This document shows positions 38,201-53,094 of a DNA stretch of 64,000 bases, one piece after another. Both the position numbers and the translations under genes were made by a program. The DNA is taken from the NCBI RefSeq assembly GCF_006345805.1, contig NC_042998.1, positions 154,504,001 through 154,568,000 of the forward strand. Reading direction: 5' to 3'. The notes beneath the pieces were generated by a model. That model was given only the letters and a program-made list of their open reading frames with translations. It was not told the DNA's origin and ran no database searches. This stretch comes from Octopus sinensis. Its lineage: Eukaryota. Positions within the stretch are counted from its first letter, which is position 1. Each line of letters opens with the position of its first letter.

Positions 38201-41200
38201 CCATCTGGGCTTCAAAAACGAAGATGGTACCAAAGTGGGAAAAGAAAGAGTTAAATCTTCTGCTATGAGCAAGGATGATTGCTAGTGGCAATCCTCCAAA
38301 CAACGTCATCACTGCTGCGCTAAAGAACAATAGCTTTCATAGAACCATTGACCAGAAAGAGTGGAAGAAGAGTGAATTTATCCGGTCTTACATGCTTATA
38401 AGACCACACATCAACACCTTGGATAACATAATTGAAAATTATTGTGGCTAGGCTAATAAGGATGGAGAGGATGAAAAAGAAAAAGAACCCAGAAGTCTCT
38501 GTAATCCAGAGGTTCCTCAAGAAAATGGATCACCTACCCTGGTGAACGAACAGGCAGAGAAGGATAGGGGAGCCAAGGGAGCAGAAACTGGAAGACCCCT
38601 GTACCAGTGGTCCTACAAAGAAATGAGAAATTAGAAAAACAGAAGAACAAAGGAAGGACGGAAAACAAAAATAAAGAAGGAAAGGAAGGAAAAGGCAAAA
38701 CAACCAAAGTTGAAACCCCAACCCACCACACAAACACCAGAAAACCCCATGGAGAATCCAACGCCACCCAATACACTTCAGGAAAGAAGAAATCTGGAAG
38801 GCACCCAAGAACCTGTAAATTTTACCTGCAGGGCAAATGTTGGCATGGGGAGGACGGCAAAAACGGCCGGTTCGCTCACCCGACACCCCGCCAGAACTTC
38901 AGGGGACTCAAAGAGAAGAGCTTTACTGAGGGAAGACAAGAAATGTCTCCCAGGAAAACATTCAGAAAAGAAGTGTGCTCCTCAGATGTTCTGTGCAAAG
39001 CTGCAGCTGAGCAAGAGTCTTTTTTGTGCATGGCGCAAAGGATTGTCCTGCAGCTAACCTGGTTACATCAAGCACAAAGAAGGAACCTTTGTGAACAGAC
39101 AGAAGGGTAAGGAGCCAAGGTGGAGTTGCAACATACATCCGTGATGACCTCACACCCCAGGTCTTACTGACATACTCAAATTCGGTATGTGACACTTTAA
39201 TTGTGTACATAAGACAACATAATATAGTCATATGCAATACATATTGCCCACTGGATGCTCCAAACCACATAGGCAAGTTTGAAGATTGCCTCACAAGAAT
39301 TAAAGAAATCCTCATGAATTTGGAACACTACGTGACCATATTTCTTATGGGTGATTTCAACTTCCCCAACGTCAAATGGCCCGAAGGTCTCATACTCTAT
39401 GAATGACTCATTGCAATCAAGCACAGGTGGAGTCCCTGCTCAACCTCACCAATGCCCTATTCATGGAGCAAGCTGTACTCAGACCAACTAGGGTGAATAA
39501 CATTCTGGATCTCTGCTTCACAAACAATATGGACATCATTCATGATGTGAAAGTGACACCGACATTAGTCTCGGATCACAACATAATAGAGCTGTCTATG
39601 TTTGGGCCGAAAGTAACCAGAGACATACAGCCTAAAGTAAGCACCCGAAATCTCTCCAATCTGAACTTCCACAAAGCAGATTGGAAATCGATCCAAAAAG
39701 AGATCCTCAGAGAGGACTGGCCATAATGTCTCTCCACACCAGACATTGACATGAATCTAGAATGTTTTATGCACTAGACCAAAACAAATAGGAGCAAGAT
39801 TCCAAGAGACAGAAAGATCCTCATGAGATGAGAGACGAAGTTTGCAAATTGACTCAACCAACACCCCAAAAGTAGTGAAACGTCCCGCCTAAAAATAAAA
39901 ATAAATGGAGATCGAAAAAAGGCTGCAACAATCCTATGTGAGGGACAAAGCAGACAAAGACGCCTGGGTTATAAAAAACATTAAATCAAACCCAAAGGCT
40001 TTCTTTCATTATGCGAAAGAAACAGTCTCAGTACACTACAAGACAGGACCCCTCCTCCAAAAGGATGACTCCCTCACAGACAGTCCAACTAAGATCAGTG
40101 AGATGCTGAATGACCACTTCAAAAGTGTCTTTACCACCCCATTGGAACACAGACAAGTGGACTTCTTTGCCGCCTCACCTGTAACCAGCGAGGCAGTTAC
40201 AATGGAATGTATTGACATTAGCGAAGAAGATATACTACTAGCCATAGATGAGGTGAACACAAACTCAACTGCTGGTCCTGATGGTTTCCCAGCAATCCTC
40301 TTCAAAGCGTGTAAGCATGCCCTGGCAAAACCCCTCCAAGTTCTCTTCCAGAGCTTTCTTACAAATGGCAAACTGCCAAGCAAGCTGAAGGAGGGAATAA
40401 TATGCCCAATACATAAAGGGGGAAGTAGAGCAGATGCCAAAAACTATAGGCCTATCTCTCTGACTTCACACATCAGCAAAGTCATGGAACGGATAGTCAG
40501 AAAGAAACTAATCGCATTCCTTGAGGAAAATAACTTGCTGACTGATACCCAGCATGGTTTTCGACCAGGTAGGAGCTGCCTCACCCAGCTCTTACAACAT
40601 TATGACTGGGTGTTGAGGCAGTTACTCAACAAATCAAATGTGGACGTAATCTACCTTGATTTTGCAAAAGCTTTTGACAAGGTGGATCATGGAATGATAT
40701 GCCACAAACTGCGTGACCTCGGCATAGCTGGAAAACTTGGAGTGTGGTTACCTGACTTCCTGAAAGATAGGAGTCAGGCAGTAGTGGTTAATGGAGCCAT
40801 CTCTATGAACACACAAATAGTGAGCGTTGTTCCACAGGGCACTGTCTTGGGACCACTCCTTTTTATAGTGGCCCTCTCAGATATACCCTCAAATGCCCGG
40901 ATAGCCACTCTGGCAAGCTATGCAGATGATACAAAAGTCTCGCAGAAAATACAGAACCCCAGTGATGTTACACACCTGCAGCAGGAGTTGGACTCAATCT
41001 ACAGATGGGCTGAGGATAATAGTATGCAGTTTAATGCTGAAAAATTCCAGGCCCTGTGCTACCAGCATCCAAAACTGAATATTAAACTTACAGGGAATTT
41101 CAATCCCAGAGCCTAAGTCTGTGAGGGACCTAGGTATTGACATGAGTGATGGTACCTCATTCCAAGTGCACATTACCAGGATGGCAACAAAGTGCAGACA

Positions 41201-41885
41201 ACTTGCTGGATGGATCCTAAGAACATTCAGTACCAGAGAGAAGGAAACCATGATGGTCCTCTGGTGGACATTCAACCTCAGCCGCCTGGATTACTGCTCA
41301 CAGCTATGGTCACCCACAAGTGTGAAATTAACAGTGTACCTTGAAGCAATCCAGAGAAGATTCAGAGGGAAGATCGTTTCTTTGCAACAGCTCAGCTCCT
41401 GGGAAAAGTTGATACAGCTAAGACTCTACTCCCTGGAGAGAAGACGGGAGAGCTATGCAGTAATATATATCTGGATGATCCTGGAAGGAATTGTGCCAAA
41501 TTTTGGCATTGTAAGCTACACCAATGCTAGAACGGGACGACACTGCATAGTGCCAAAGATCCCAGCATTGCCATCACGCTTCAGGACCAGCTACTGCAAC
41601 AGCCTGGGTTTCAAGGGCCCACAGCTTTTTAATATTCTCTCAAAGAGTCTGAGGAACTTGCACAAAGTAGATGTAGCGCTTTTTAAATCAAAGCTGGACC
41701 TATTCCTGTCGAGAGTCCCAGATGAACCTACCTCACAGCAAGAGGTGCAAATGAGGGTAGGTATATCAAACTCCATTCTTCACCAAGTGCCACATATTAG
41801 AGGAGGCTCTTAGTAATAAACGTGTTGCACAAAACAGCAGTGCATCAGCATGGTCACAGCTCTGAGCTGAAACTAAAAAAAAATA
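38200..41885 (+). mobile_element. Near full-length CR1/L2-group LINE: ORF1 with CCCH-type zinc finger plus ORF2 (APE and RT), several lesions
   Basis: ORF1 piece 38607-39110 (CKFYLQGKCWHGEDGKNGRFAHP; AAAEQESFLCMAQ); APE (FLMGDFNFP, SDHNIIEL); RT 39905-41116 (NYRPISLTS, YLDFAKAFDKVDH, PQGTVLGPLLF, YADDTK); 3' A tail. Confidence 0.92.
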
Positions 41886-41946
41886 CATATATATATAACA
41901 ACGTGGAGCTGTAGGGTACCGCACGAGTGGAATTATATACGAAAGA

Positions 41947-42103
41947 AGGTTTGAAAATGCAATTTTAAAAGATGTTTATTTACTTTACCGGTTTCACTCT
42001 TTGGAAAAAGATTGCCAACAGTAACATGTAAAAGTTTGGTTGCATAAAAGAGTGAAACCGGTAAAGTAAATAAACATCTTTTAAAATTGCATTTTCAAAC
42101 CTC
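41947..42103. repeat. Inverted repeat, about 57-bp arms and about 43-bp spacer
   Basis: gaaggtttgaaaatgc..accggtttcactcttt / aaagagtgaaaccggt..gcattttcaaacctc. Confidence 0.85.
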
Positions 42104-42108
42104 TTTTG

Positions 42109-42150
<42 letters not shown>

Positions 42151-42589
42151 CTTATACATATGTATGTATATAATTATATATAGATGCATATATACATTTA
42201 ATATATATATGTATATATATTATATCATATTAATTTTTCTATCATATTTATCTTTTTTATACTTTTTGGTTAACAAAAAAAAAGAAATTAAAAAAAAAAA
42301 TTTTTGAATTTCAAAATTTCAAAATAATTCAAAAATTTAAAAATATGAAAATTTAATAATTCAAAAATTTCAATTTTCAATTTTATATTTTATATATATA
42401 TTATATATTATATTAATTATATTTATATTTTTTGTTATTTATGTACTGGTTTATGTCTATCACTGCTTGAGTTGCCTAATAGTGGTTTTATCTCTAATTA
42501 TTCTGTGAAATTTGATTAATCCTAAATCTAATTTTTCACTGTAAGTTGGGATATGATCCTAATATTATTATTATTATATATACATATTT

Positions 42590-46030
<3,441 letters not shown>

Positions 46031-46372
46031 GTGAAGGCGCATGGCTCAGTGGTTAGAGCGTCGAGCTTACGATCGTGAGGTTGTGAGCTCGAATCCCGGA
46101 CCGGGCTGCGTGTTGTGCTCTTGAGCAAAGCACTTTATTTCACGTTGCTCCAGTTCACTCAGCTGTAGAAATGAGTTGCAACATCACAGGTGCCAAGCTG
46201 TATCGACCTTTGTCTTTCCCTTGGATAACACTGGTGGCGTGGAGAGGGGAGGCTGGTATGCATGGGCGACTGCTGGTCTTCCATAAACAACCTTGCCCGG
46301 ACTTGTGTCTAGGAGGGTAACTTTCTAGGTGCAATCCCATGGTCATCCATGACCGAAGGGGGTCTTTACCCT
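46031..46372 (+). mobile_element. tRNA-derived SINE, well preserved
   Basis: A box TGGCTCAGTGG (46042), B-box-like GCTCGAATCCC, core ttgagcaaagcactttatttcacgttgctccag. Confidence 0.85.
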
Positions 46373-46379
46373 TATATAT

Positions 46380-46410
<31 letters not shown>

Positions 46411-47321
46411 TATATATAGATAGATAGATATATATAGATATATATATATATGCATATATATATATACATATAAATTGTTGCGACGCAGGAAAATGTAAAC
46501 GAACAAAAAACATTATGCCCTTTGTTCCATTAGTTGGAATCGAACCGGCGCTCCAGTTGTTCAGGACAGTGGTACTTCCTTTGTCCAGTCAAGGAATATG
46601 GTTGTTAATGGCTGTAGACACTGTTCTCTGGCCCCATATGGTCACAGAAAGTTTAAAGAAGACAAGGGAAATACACACTGTTGTCATACGATATCTCTTT
46701 TTTTCTAGCTGCCGGCCGTTATATATACGGTTAGGCTAAGTTGCCAGTCAGTCAGCGAGAGACTGGGAGAGGGTCAGTGTGAGCGGAGACCGGACGTGGT
46801 CTAGAGAGACACAGACGGTCAGTTAGAGAGATGACAGGACAAGAGGTAGTCAGGAAGATGACAGTCACAGACTGACAGGGGCAGAGAGAGATACACGAAG
46901 AAGCTGGGCAACTGTAGTAGGAGATGTTGGGATTAAGGGAATGTTGCAGATGTGGAATGTGCCGGTAATGTTTTTATTTGTGTTTTGAATTCCGATGTTT
47001 AAATGAAAAAAAAAGAGAAACGTGTTGTTTGAATGGAAAAAAAAGACTCTGTGACGTAAACTGTTGAAAAGAAAAGGAAAGGGATCTTTGTGAACGAACT
47101 CTTTGTGTTAGAAGAAGAGAGAGAGAAAAGAAAAGAAAGAAGAGAAAAGTGGAACTTTAAGAGACTGGTAATTGTGAACTCTGTGTCAAATGAAAATGAT
47201 TTGTTTTGGAAGAATCGACTCTGTAATGTGTTAAAATGTAAATGATTTGCTTTGTTTTTCGAACTCGGTATTATGTTGTTAACCTTTGTTGTGATTGCTT
47301 TTGTTTTGTTGAAAAAAAAAT

Positions 47322-48198
47322 GGTAAAATTACAGATTATCACCCCCACGATTTTCACTAAGAAAAAAAAAAAAAAACTCGGATTTTTTCCGTGGAATCAA
47401 ATACCCTGACCTCCTAATATGCTGCAAATCCCATATTTTGGTCCGGAATTCCTCCGGAAAGGGGGGGGGGGTATTACCCCCCCCCCGGAATTTTCACAAG
47501 GAAAAAAAAAAAATCAGATTTCTAGCGTGGAATCAAGTACCCTGACCTCCTAATATGCTGCAAATCCCATATTTTGGTCCGGAAAGGGGGGTAACACCCC
47601 CCCCCCCCCGGAATTTTCACAAGAAAAAAAAATCAGATTTTTTCCGTGGAATCAAGTACCCTGACCTCCTAATATGCTGCAAATCCCATATTTTGGTCCG
47701 GAATTGCTCCGGAAAGGGGGGGTAACCCCCTCCCCCGGAATTTTCACAAGGAAAAAAAAATAACATATCAATAATTTAGAAAAGAAACATTTCTAGAAAA
47801 TAGTAAATTGAAGTGTCAACAAATTATTGGGCAAAATTGAAGTGTGAACAAATCATTGGGCAAAAGAAGATTTGGCATACTGTCATGCTTTAGCTGTCAG
47901 AAGTGAAAGTCGTCAACTTCGTGTATTTGCGTCAGGTTCACTGTTAGGCTTATAAAACAATAGAAGTTCAGTTTAAAGTTTATAAATAAATACATTTCAT
48001 TCCATGTTCTGTTTAAACTTTATAAATAAATATATTCTTGCAGTGTGTGTATATGTGGCTATATGTCTGACTAATGTGTGTGTCTGTATTTATTGTATGT
48101 GTGTATAAGTAGTTATATGCTTATATTATCCATTATAGTAATATTTGTCTGTTGAAACCTGTTTTAAGGCGGTCAATAGTTTAATTAAAGATGTATCT

Positions 48199-48242
<44 letters not shown>

Positions 48243-49516
48243 GTGTATATATACATGTGTATACATATATATATAGATATATAGATATATATATATATAT
48301 AAATATATATATATACACATGTCTATATATATACACATGTATATATAAATATATATATATACACATGTATATATATATACATGTATAGACATATCTTTAA
48401 TTAAACTACTGACCGCCTTAAAACGGGTTTCAACAGACAAATATTACTATAATGGATAATGTAATGGATAAAATTCAGACAAACTTACCTCTTGCTGTCA
48501 AAAAAAGTGGATTAATTCTCAGCAAAACATACTGTTATGCTAGACCAGTGGTTTTCAACCAGGGTTCCGCAAGAAGTTGCAAAACTGCTAAAATCGGCAG
48601 TAATTTTTAATTCTCCTGTGCAGATATGTGTGCATAAGACTATTCAATTATTGTACAGGGGTTCCTCGAGCCAGTGGAATGTTTGAATTACGCTCTGTGA
48701 TAGTGTCAGGTTCTAATTTTTGCTTCTGATCTCTCTCTGTGCCGCCCTCTCTATCTCAAACTAATTTTTGTGTAGGTGGAGGTGTGGTGGGGAGACAGAT
48801 GAACAATGTCTCATGAACCATTTCTTAAACATACACGATATAGTCTATAAATTTGGGATGTTTTTGAAAGATAATATATTTTATCATCAGAATATATATA
48901 CTTTCTCACACTACAATTAAGGTATATTTATTTTAAATCGTTCATCTTTTCCCACCCACAACAAAACTTGGCGCGAAAACTTTTCTAAATATCAGCAGAA
49001 TGAACAACTGAGATAGAGAGGTGGTGGGGGGGGGCAAAGAGAGATCAGAAGCAAAAATTAGAAACTGAAACCACACAGCGTAATTCGAACATTCCACTGG
49101 CTCGAGGAACCCCTGTACAATAATTGAATAGTCTTATGCACACATATCTGCACAGGAGAATTAAAAATTACTGCCGATTTTAGCAGTTTTGCAACTTCTT
49201 GCGGAACCCTGGTTGAAAACCACTGGTCTAGCATAACAGTATGTTTTGCTGAGAATTAATCCACTTTTTTTGACAGCAAGAGGTAAGTTTGTCTGAATTT
49301 TATCCATTACATTATCCATTATAGTAATATTTGTCTGTTGAAACCCGTTTTAAGGCGGTCAATAGTTTAATTAAAGATGTGTCTATACATGTATATATAT
49401 ATACATGTGTATATATATATATATATATACATGTGTATATATATAGACATGTGTATATATATATATTTATATATATATATATCTATATATATATGTATAC
49501 ACATGTATATATACAC

Positions 49517-49568
<52 letters not shown>

Positions 49569-50433
49569 AGATACATCTTTAATTAAACTATTGACCGCCT
49601 TAAAACAGGTTTCAACAGACAAATTACTATAATGGATAATATAAGCATATAACTACTTATACACACATACAATAAATACAGACACACACATTAGTCAGAC
49701 ATATAGCCACATATACACACACTGCAAGAATATATTTATTTATAAAGTTTAAACAGAACATGGAATGAAATGTATTTATTTATAAACTTTAAACTGAACT
49801 TCTATTGTTTTATAAGCCTAACAGCGAACCTGACGCAAATACACGAAGTTGACGACTTTCACTTCTGACAGCTAAAAGCATGACAGTATGCCAAATCTTC
49901 TTTTGCCCAATGATTTGTTCACACTTCAATTTTGCCCAATAATTTGTTGACACTTCAATTTACTATTTTCTAGAAATGTTTCTTTTCTAAATTATTGATA
50001 TGTTATTTTTTTTTTCCTTGTGAAAATTCCGGGGGAGGGGGTTACCCCCCCTTTCCGGAGCAAATTCCGGACCAAAATATGGGATTTGCAGCATATTAGG
50101 AGGTCAGGGTACTTGATTCCACGCAAAAAATCTGATTTTTTTTTTCTTGTGAAAATTCCGGGGAGGGGGTTACCCCCCCCCCTTCCGGACCAAAATAAGG
50201 GATTTGAAGCATATTAGGAGGTCAGGGTACTTGATTCCACGCTAGAAATCTGATTTTTTTTTTTTTCCTTGTGAAAATTCCGGGGGGGGTAATACCCCCC
50301 CCCCCTTTCCGGACCAAAATATGGGGTTTGCAGCATATTAGGAGGTCAGGGTATTTGATTCCACGCAAAAAATCCGAGTTTTTTTTTTTTTTTCTTAGTG
50401 AAAATCGTGGGGGTGATAATCTGTAATTTTACC
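47322..50433. mobile_element. 3.1-kb foldback DNA element with about 1.4-kb inverted arms, Merlin-like termini and an 8-bp TSD
   Basis: GGTAAAATTACAG..CTGTAATTTTACC ends; AAAAAAAT on both flanks; about 100-125-bp subterminal tandem units (x3-4 per arm); spacer about 48766-49009; no ORF. Confidence 0.8.
48546..49225. mobile_element. hAT-like MITE forming the core of the foldback element
   Basis: Termini CAGTGGTTTTCAACC..GGTTGAAAACCACTG typical of hAT (Charlie/Ac-like) TIRs; flanks TGCTAGAC / GTCTAGCA are inverted, not direct. Confidence 0.6.
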
Positions 50434-50659
50434 AAAAAAATTGCTTGATTAGGCAACACTGTGAGTCTCTCTTTCTTTTGTTGTTGTTCTTGGTCCTGGC
50501 TGCGTTCGCTGCCTCCCTGCTTCCTGTGGTGGATTTTCCAGTTTACTGAGCACATGTGCCGCACGCTGGGCAGCATCGTGGGCTTGAGTGGTGTGTGGCG
50601 TATCAAAAAATATATATATATATACACACATACACACAAATATATACACACACACACAC

Positions 50660-50694
<35 letters not shown>

Positions 50695-50696
50695 CA

Positions 50697-50991
50697 CATG
50701 GAAGCACTCCACAGACACGTGTACCCTTAACGTAGTTCTCGGGGATATTCAGCGTGACACAGAGAGTGACAAGGCCGGCCCTTTAAAATACAGGTACAAC
50801 AGAAACAGGAAGTAAGAGTGAGAGAAAGTTGTGGTGAAAGAGTACAGAAGGGATCACCACCACACCTTGCTGGAGCCTCGTGGAGCTTTAGGTGTTTTCG
50901 CTCAATAAACACAACGCCCAGTCCGGGAATCGAAACCGCGATCCTACGACCGCGAGTCCGCTGCCTTAACCACTAGGCCATTGCGCCTCCA
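50697..50991 (-). mobile_element. tRNA-derived SINE
   Basis: Minus strand A box TGGCCTAGTGG and B box GGTTTCGATTCCC. Confidence 0.85.
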
Positions 50992-51143
50992 CATATACAC
51001 ATATATATACATATACACATATATATATATACACATATATATATATACACATATATATATGCGTGTATATGTACATGTAGAGGTAGGTACGTACATATAT
51101 GTTTATATATATGTATATGTTTTATTTCATTTAATATATACAC

Positions 51144-51195
<52 letters not shown>

Positions 51196-51311
51196 ATATA
51201 TATGTATATATATATAATAACAAAGGGTAAAATTAATTAATCAAGAAGTAATCAGTAATTTCACGAAGTAGAATTCGGCATGAAAAAGACCAATTCATGG
51301 TAAGCTTAAGT

Positions 51312-52142
51312 AATACTTTATAATTAGGGTTCAGCAAAGATTTGCTTCACCACATACTGAAGTTTGGAAATAGCTAAGATTTTTTGACTGCTATTTCTAA
51401 ACTTCGGTATGTGGTGAAGCAAATCTGGCGATGTTTCGTATGTCGTAGATCAGATTTCCGTCGATTTCCGTAAAAAATTTTTATTTTTTTACATAAGTAA
51501 TGAGAGCGAAAGAGACTAAGAGGAAGCGATTTTACGACGATAAGGTTTCACTTTGAAGTCGGCCTGTGTGCGTTTGATGGGGTGTGGGAGACAGACAGTA
51601 TGTTGTGTAAGTGAAGTGCTTCTGTTAGTGTGTGCGAAGAGACAGAGAGAGTAATGTGTGAAAGAGAGAGATAACTGATTTTTTACTCGGTGTATGTGTA
51701 TATGTATGTATGCATGTATGTGTGTGTGTGTGTGTATGTATCTATGTATGTGTGTGTGTAAGTATGTGTGTGTGTATGTATGTATGTATGTATGGCCGAA
51801 AGAGGGTGGGACATTGAAATTGTAGCAGTCGTTTTGATAGTGATTCCTTTGGTTGTTCTGTTGATGACAACTGATGTGCTTGCTTATATTAAGACCCAGA
51901 AGGATAGATATATCATTGAGAACAATAAATTTAGTTGATTTAGCTTATGGTGTACTAGAAGAGGTTAGAAAGGGTCAAGTGGTGAAGACATTATTTCGGC
52001 CTAGCTAAAGGCATCTGGAAAATGTAAAACTGCTGCCAGAGAATAACGATTCGCGACACATTAAACAAAAAAGGTTAAAACAATATTTTTTTTTCTTTTA
52101 CTTGTTTTAGTCATTAGACGGCGTCCATACTGGAGTGCTTAT
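51312..52142. repeat. Left arm of a split inverted duplication (51312-51790 pairs with about 59700-60180; 51805-52142 pairs with 56572-56908)
   Basis: Near-identical reverse complements; 51950-52050 also resembles the Helitron interior at 3300-3380. Confidence 0.85.
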
Positions 52143-53094
52143 TTTTTTAAAGTCTGGTACTCGTTCTATCGGACTTCTTTTGCCGAACTGCTAAGTTATT
52201 TATTTTTTAAATGGCATCATTGAAATAAAAGAACAGTGGTGTGGGCTAAGTCGGTGGAGCGTTCGACAAAAAGCCACGCGCTCTTTTAGCTGTGTGTCCG
52301 AGGGAATTTCGAGTTGAGAATTTTTAGGGATATGTTTCCTTGCTTCAGTCAATAGATTGCGGTCAAGCTGGGGCACTGCCTTGTTGAAAAAATAGTCTTT
52401 CTTCTTCCAAACGTAATTACAAGTGTTCCAGAATATGGAATAATTCCTTAAAATAACGAAAGATAACGAAAAAAAAAAAATTCATTTTAATTGTGGCAGT
52501 TATTCCGAAGGAGCGATGGTGGGAGGGGGCAAGTTTGTAAAACATGAATTTTTGAAAATTTTTTGTTACAGTGCAAATTACAGTGCAAATTAATCGCCAT
52601 ATGGGTGATCCTTCGGTATTGATCTGCATGAATGTCAGTCATTTACTCTCTTTATCAGCTTAGTCCCTTTCTCTGTCATTATTGAAAATTGTGTGGTGAA
52701 TGTCTACCAATACCGAAAGATTGCTTTACAGGTGTTTTAGATTGTCTTACATGTGTTTTCTTGTAAAAATGACAGCAAAAAAATAGCGAGAAAAATTGAA
52801 GAAATTCCATTTTGTGTGAGACAGTTATTCGGAACGAAATTCTATCGTGTGCCTTAAACATTTTGAGTTCAAATCCCGCCACGGTCGAATTTGCTGTTCG
52901 TCATTTCGGGGCTCGATAAGATAGAGTACCAAGAGTACCAATCAAGTACTGGGGTAATCGATTGCTGCTCTTCTCAGGAGCCATAAACAAATACACGTTG
53001 TCAGTTGACGTAAACGGTACCAGAACCGTAACATCGCCTACTTTTCTAGTGCATAGTTTTCTAGTGTGTATATATATATATATATATATATTGA

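Larger units (their letters stand above)
46476..50605. mobile_element. Possible solo-LTR-like repeat (about 1 kb: 46476-47321 plus 50442-50605) split by the foldback element
   Basis: TGTTGCG start and CGTATCA end (imperfect TG..CA inverted termini); GC-richer than the flanks; no clean TSD. Confidence 0.35.

Noticed and set aside
37746-38285. 179-aa S/L/F-rich, membrane-like ORF
   Set aside because: Product of the CT-rich low-complexity tract
46031-46110. tRNA-like sequences (also at 50900-50991)
   Set aside because: They continue into SINE bodies and lack a complete cloverleaf, so they are SINE heads, not tRNA genes
47340-47760. Regularly spaced repeats resembling a CRISPR array
   Set aside because: Units are contiguous 100-125-bp tandem repeats without unique spacers, with no cas genes and a eukaryotic context
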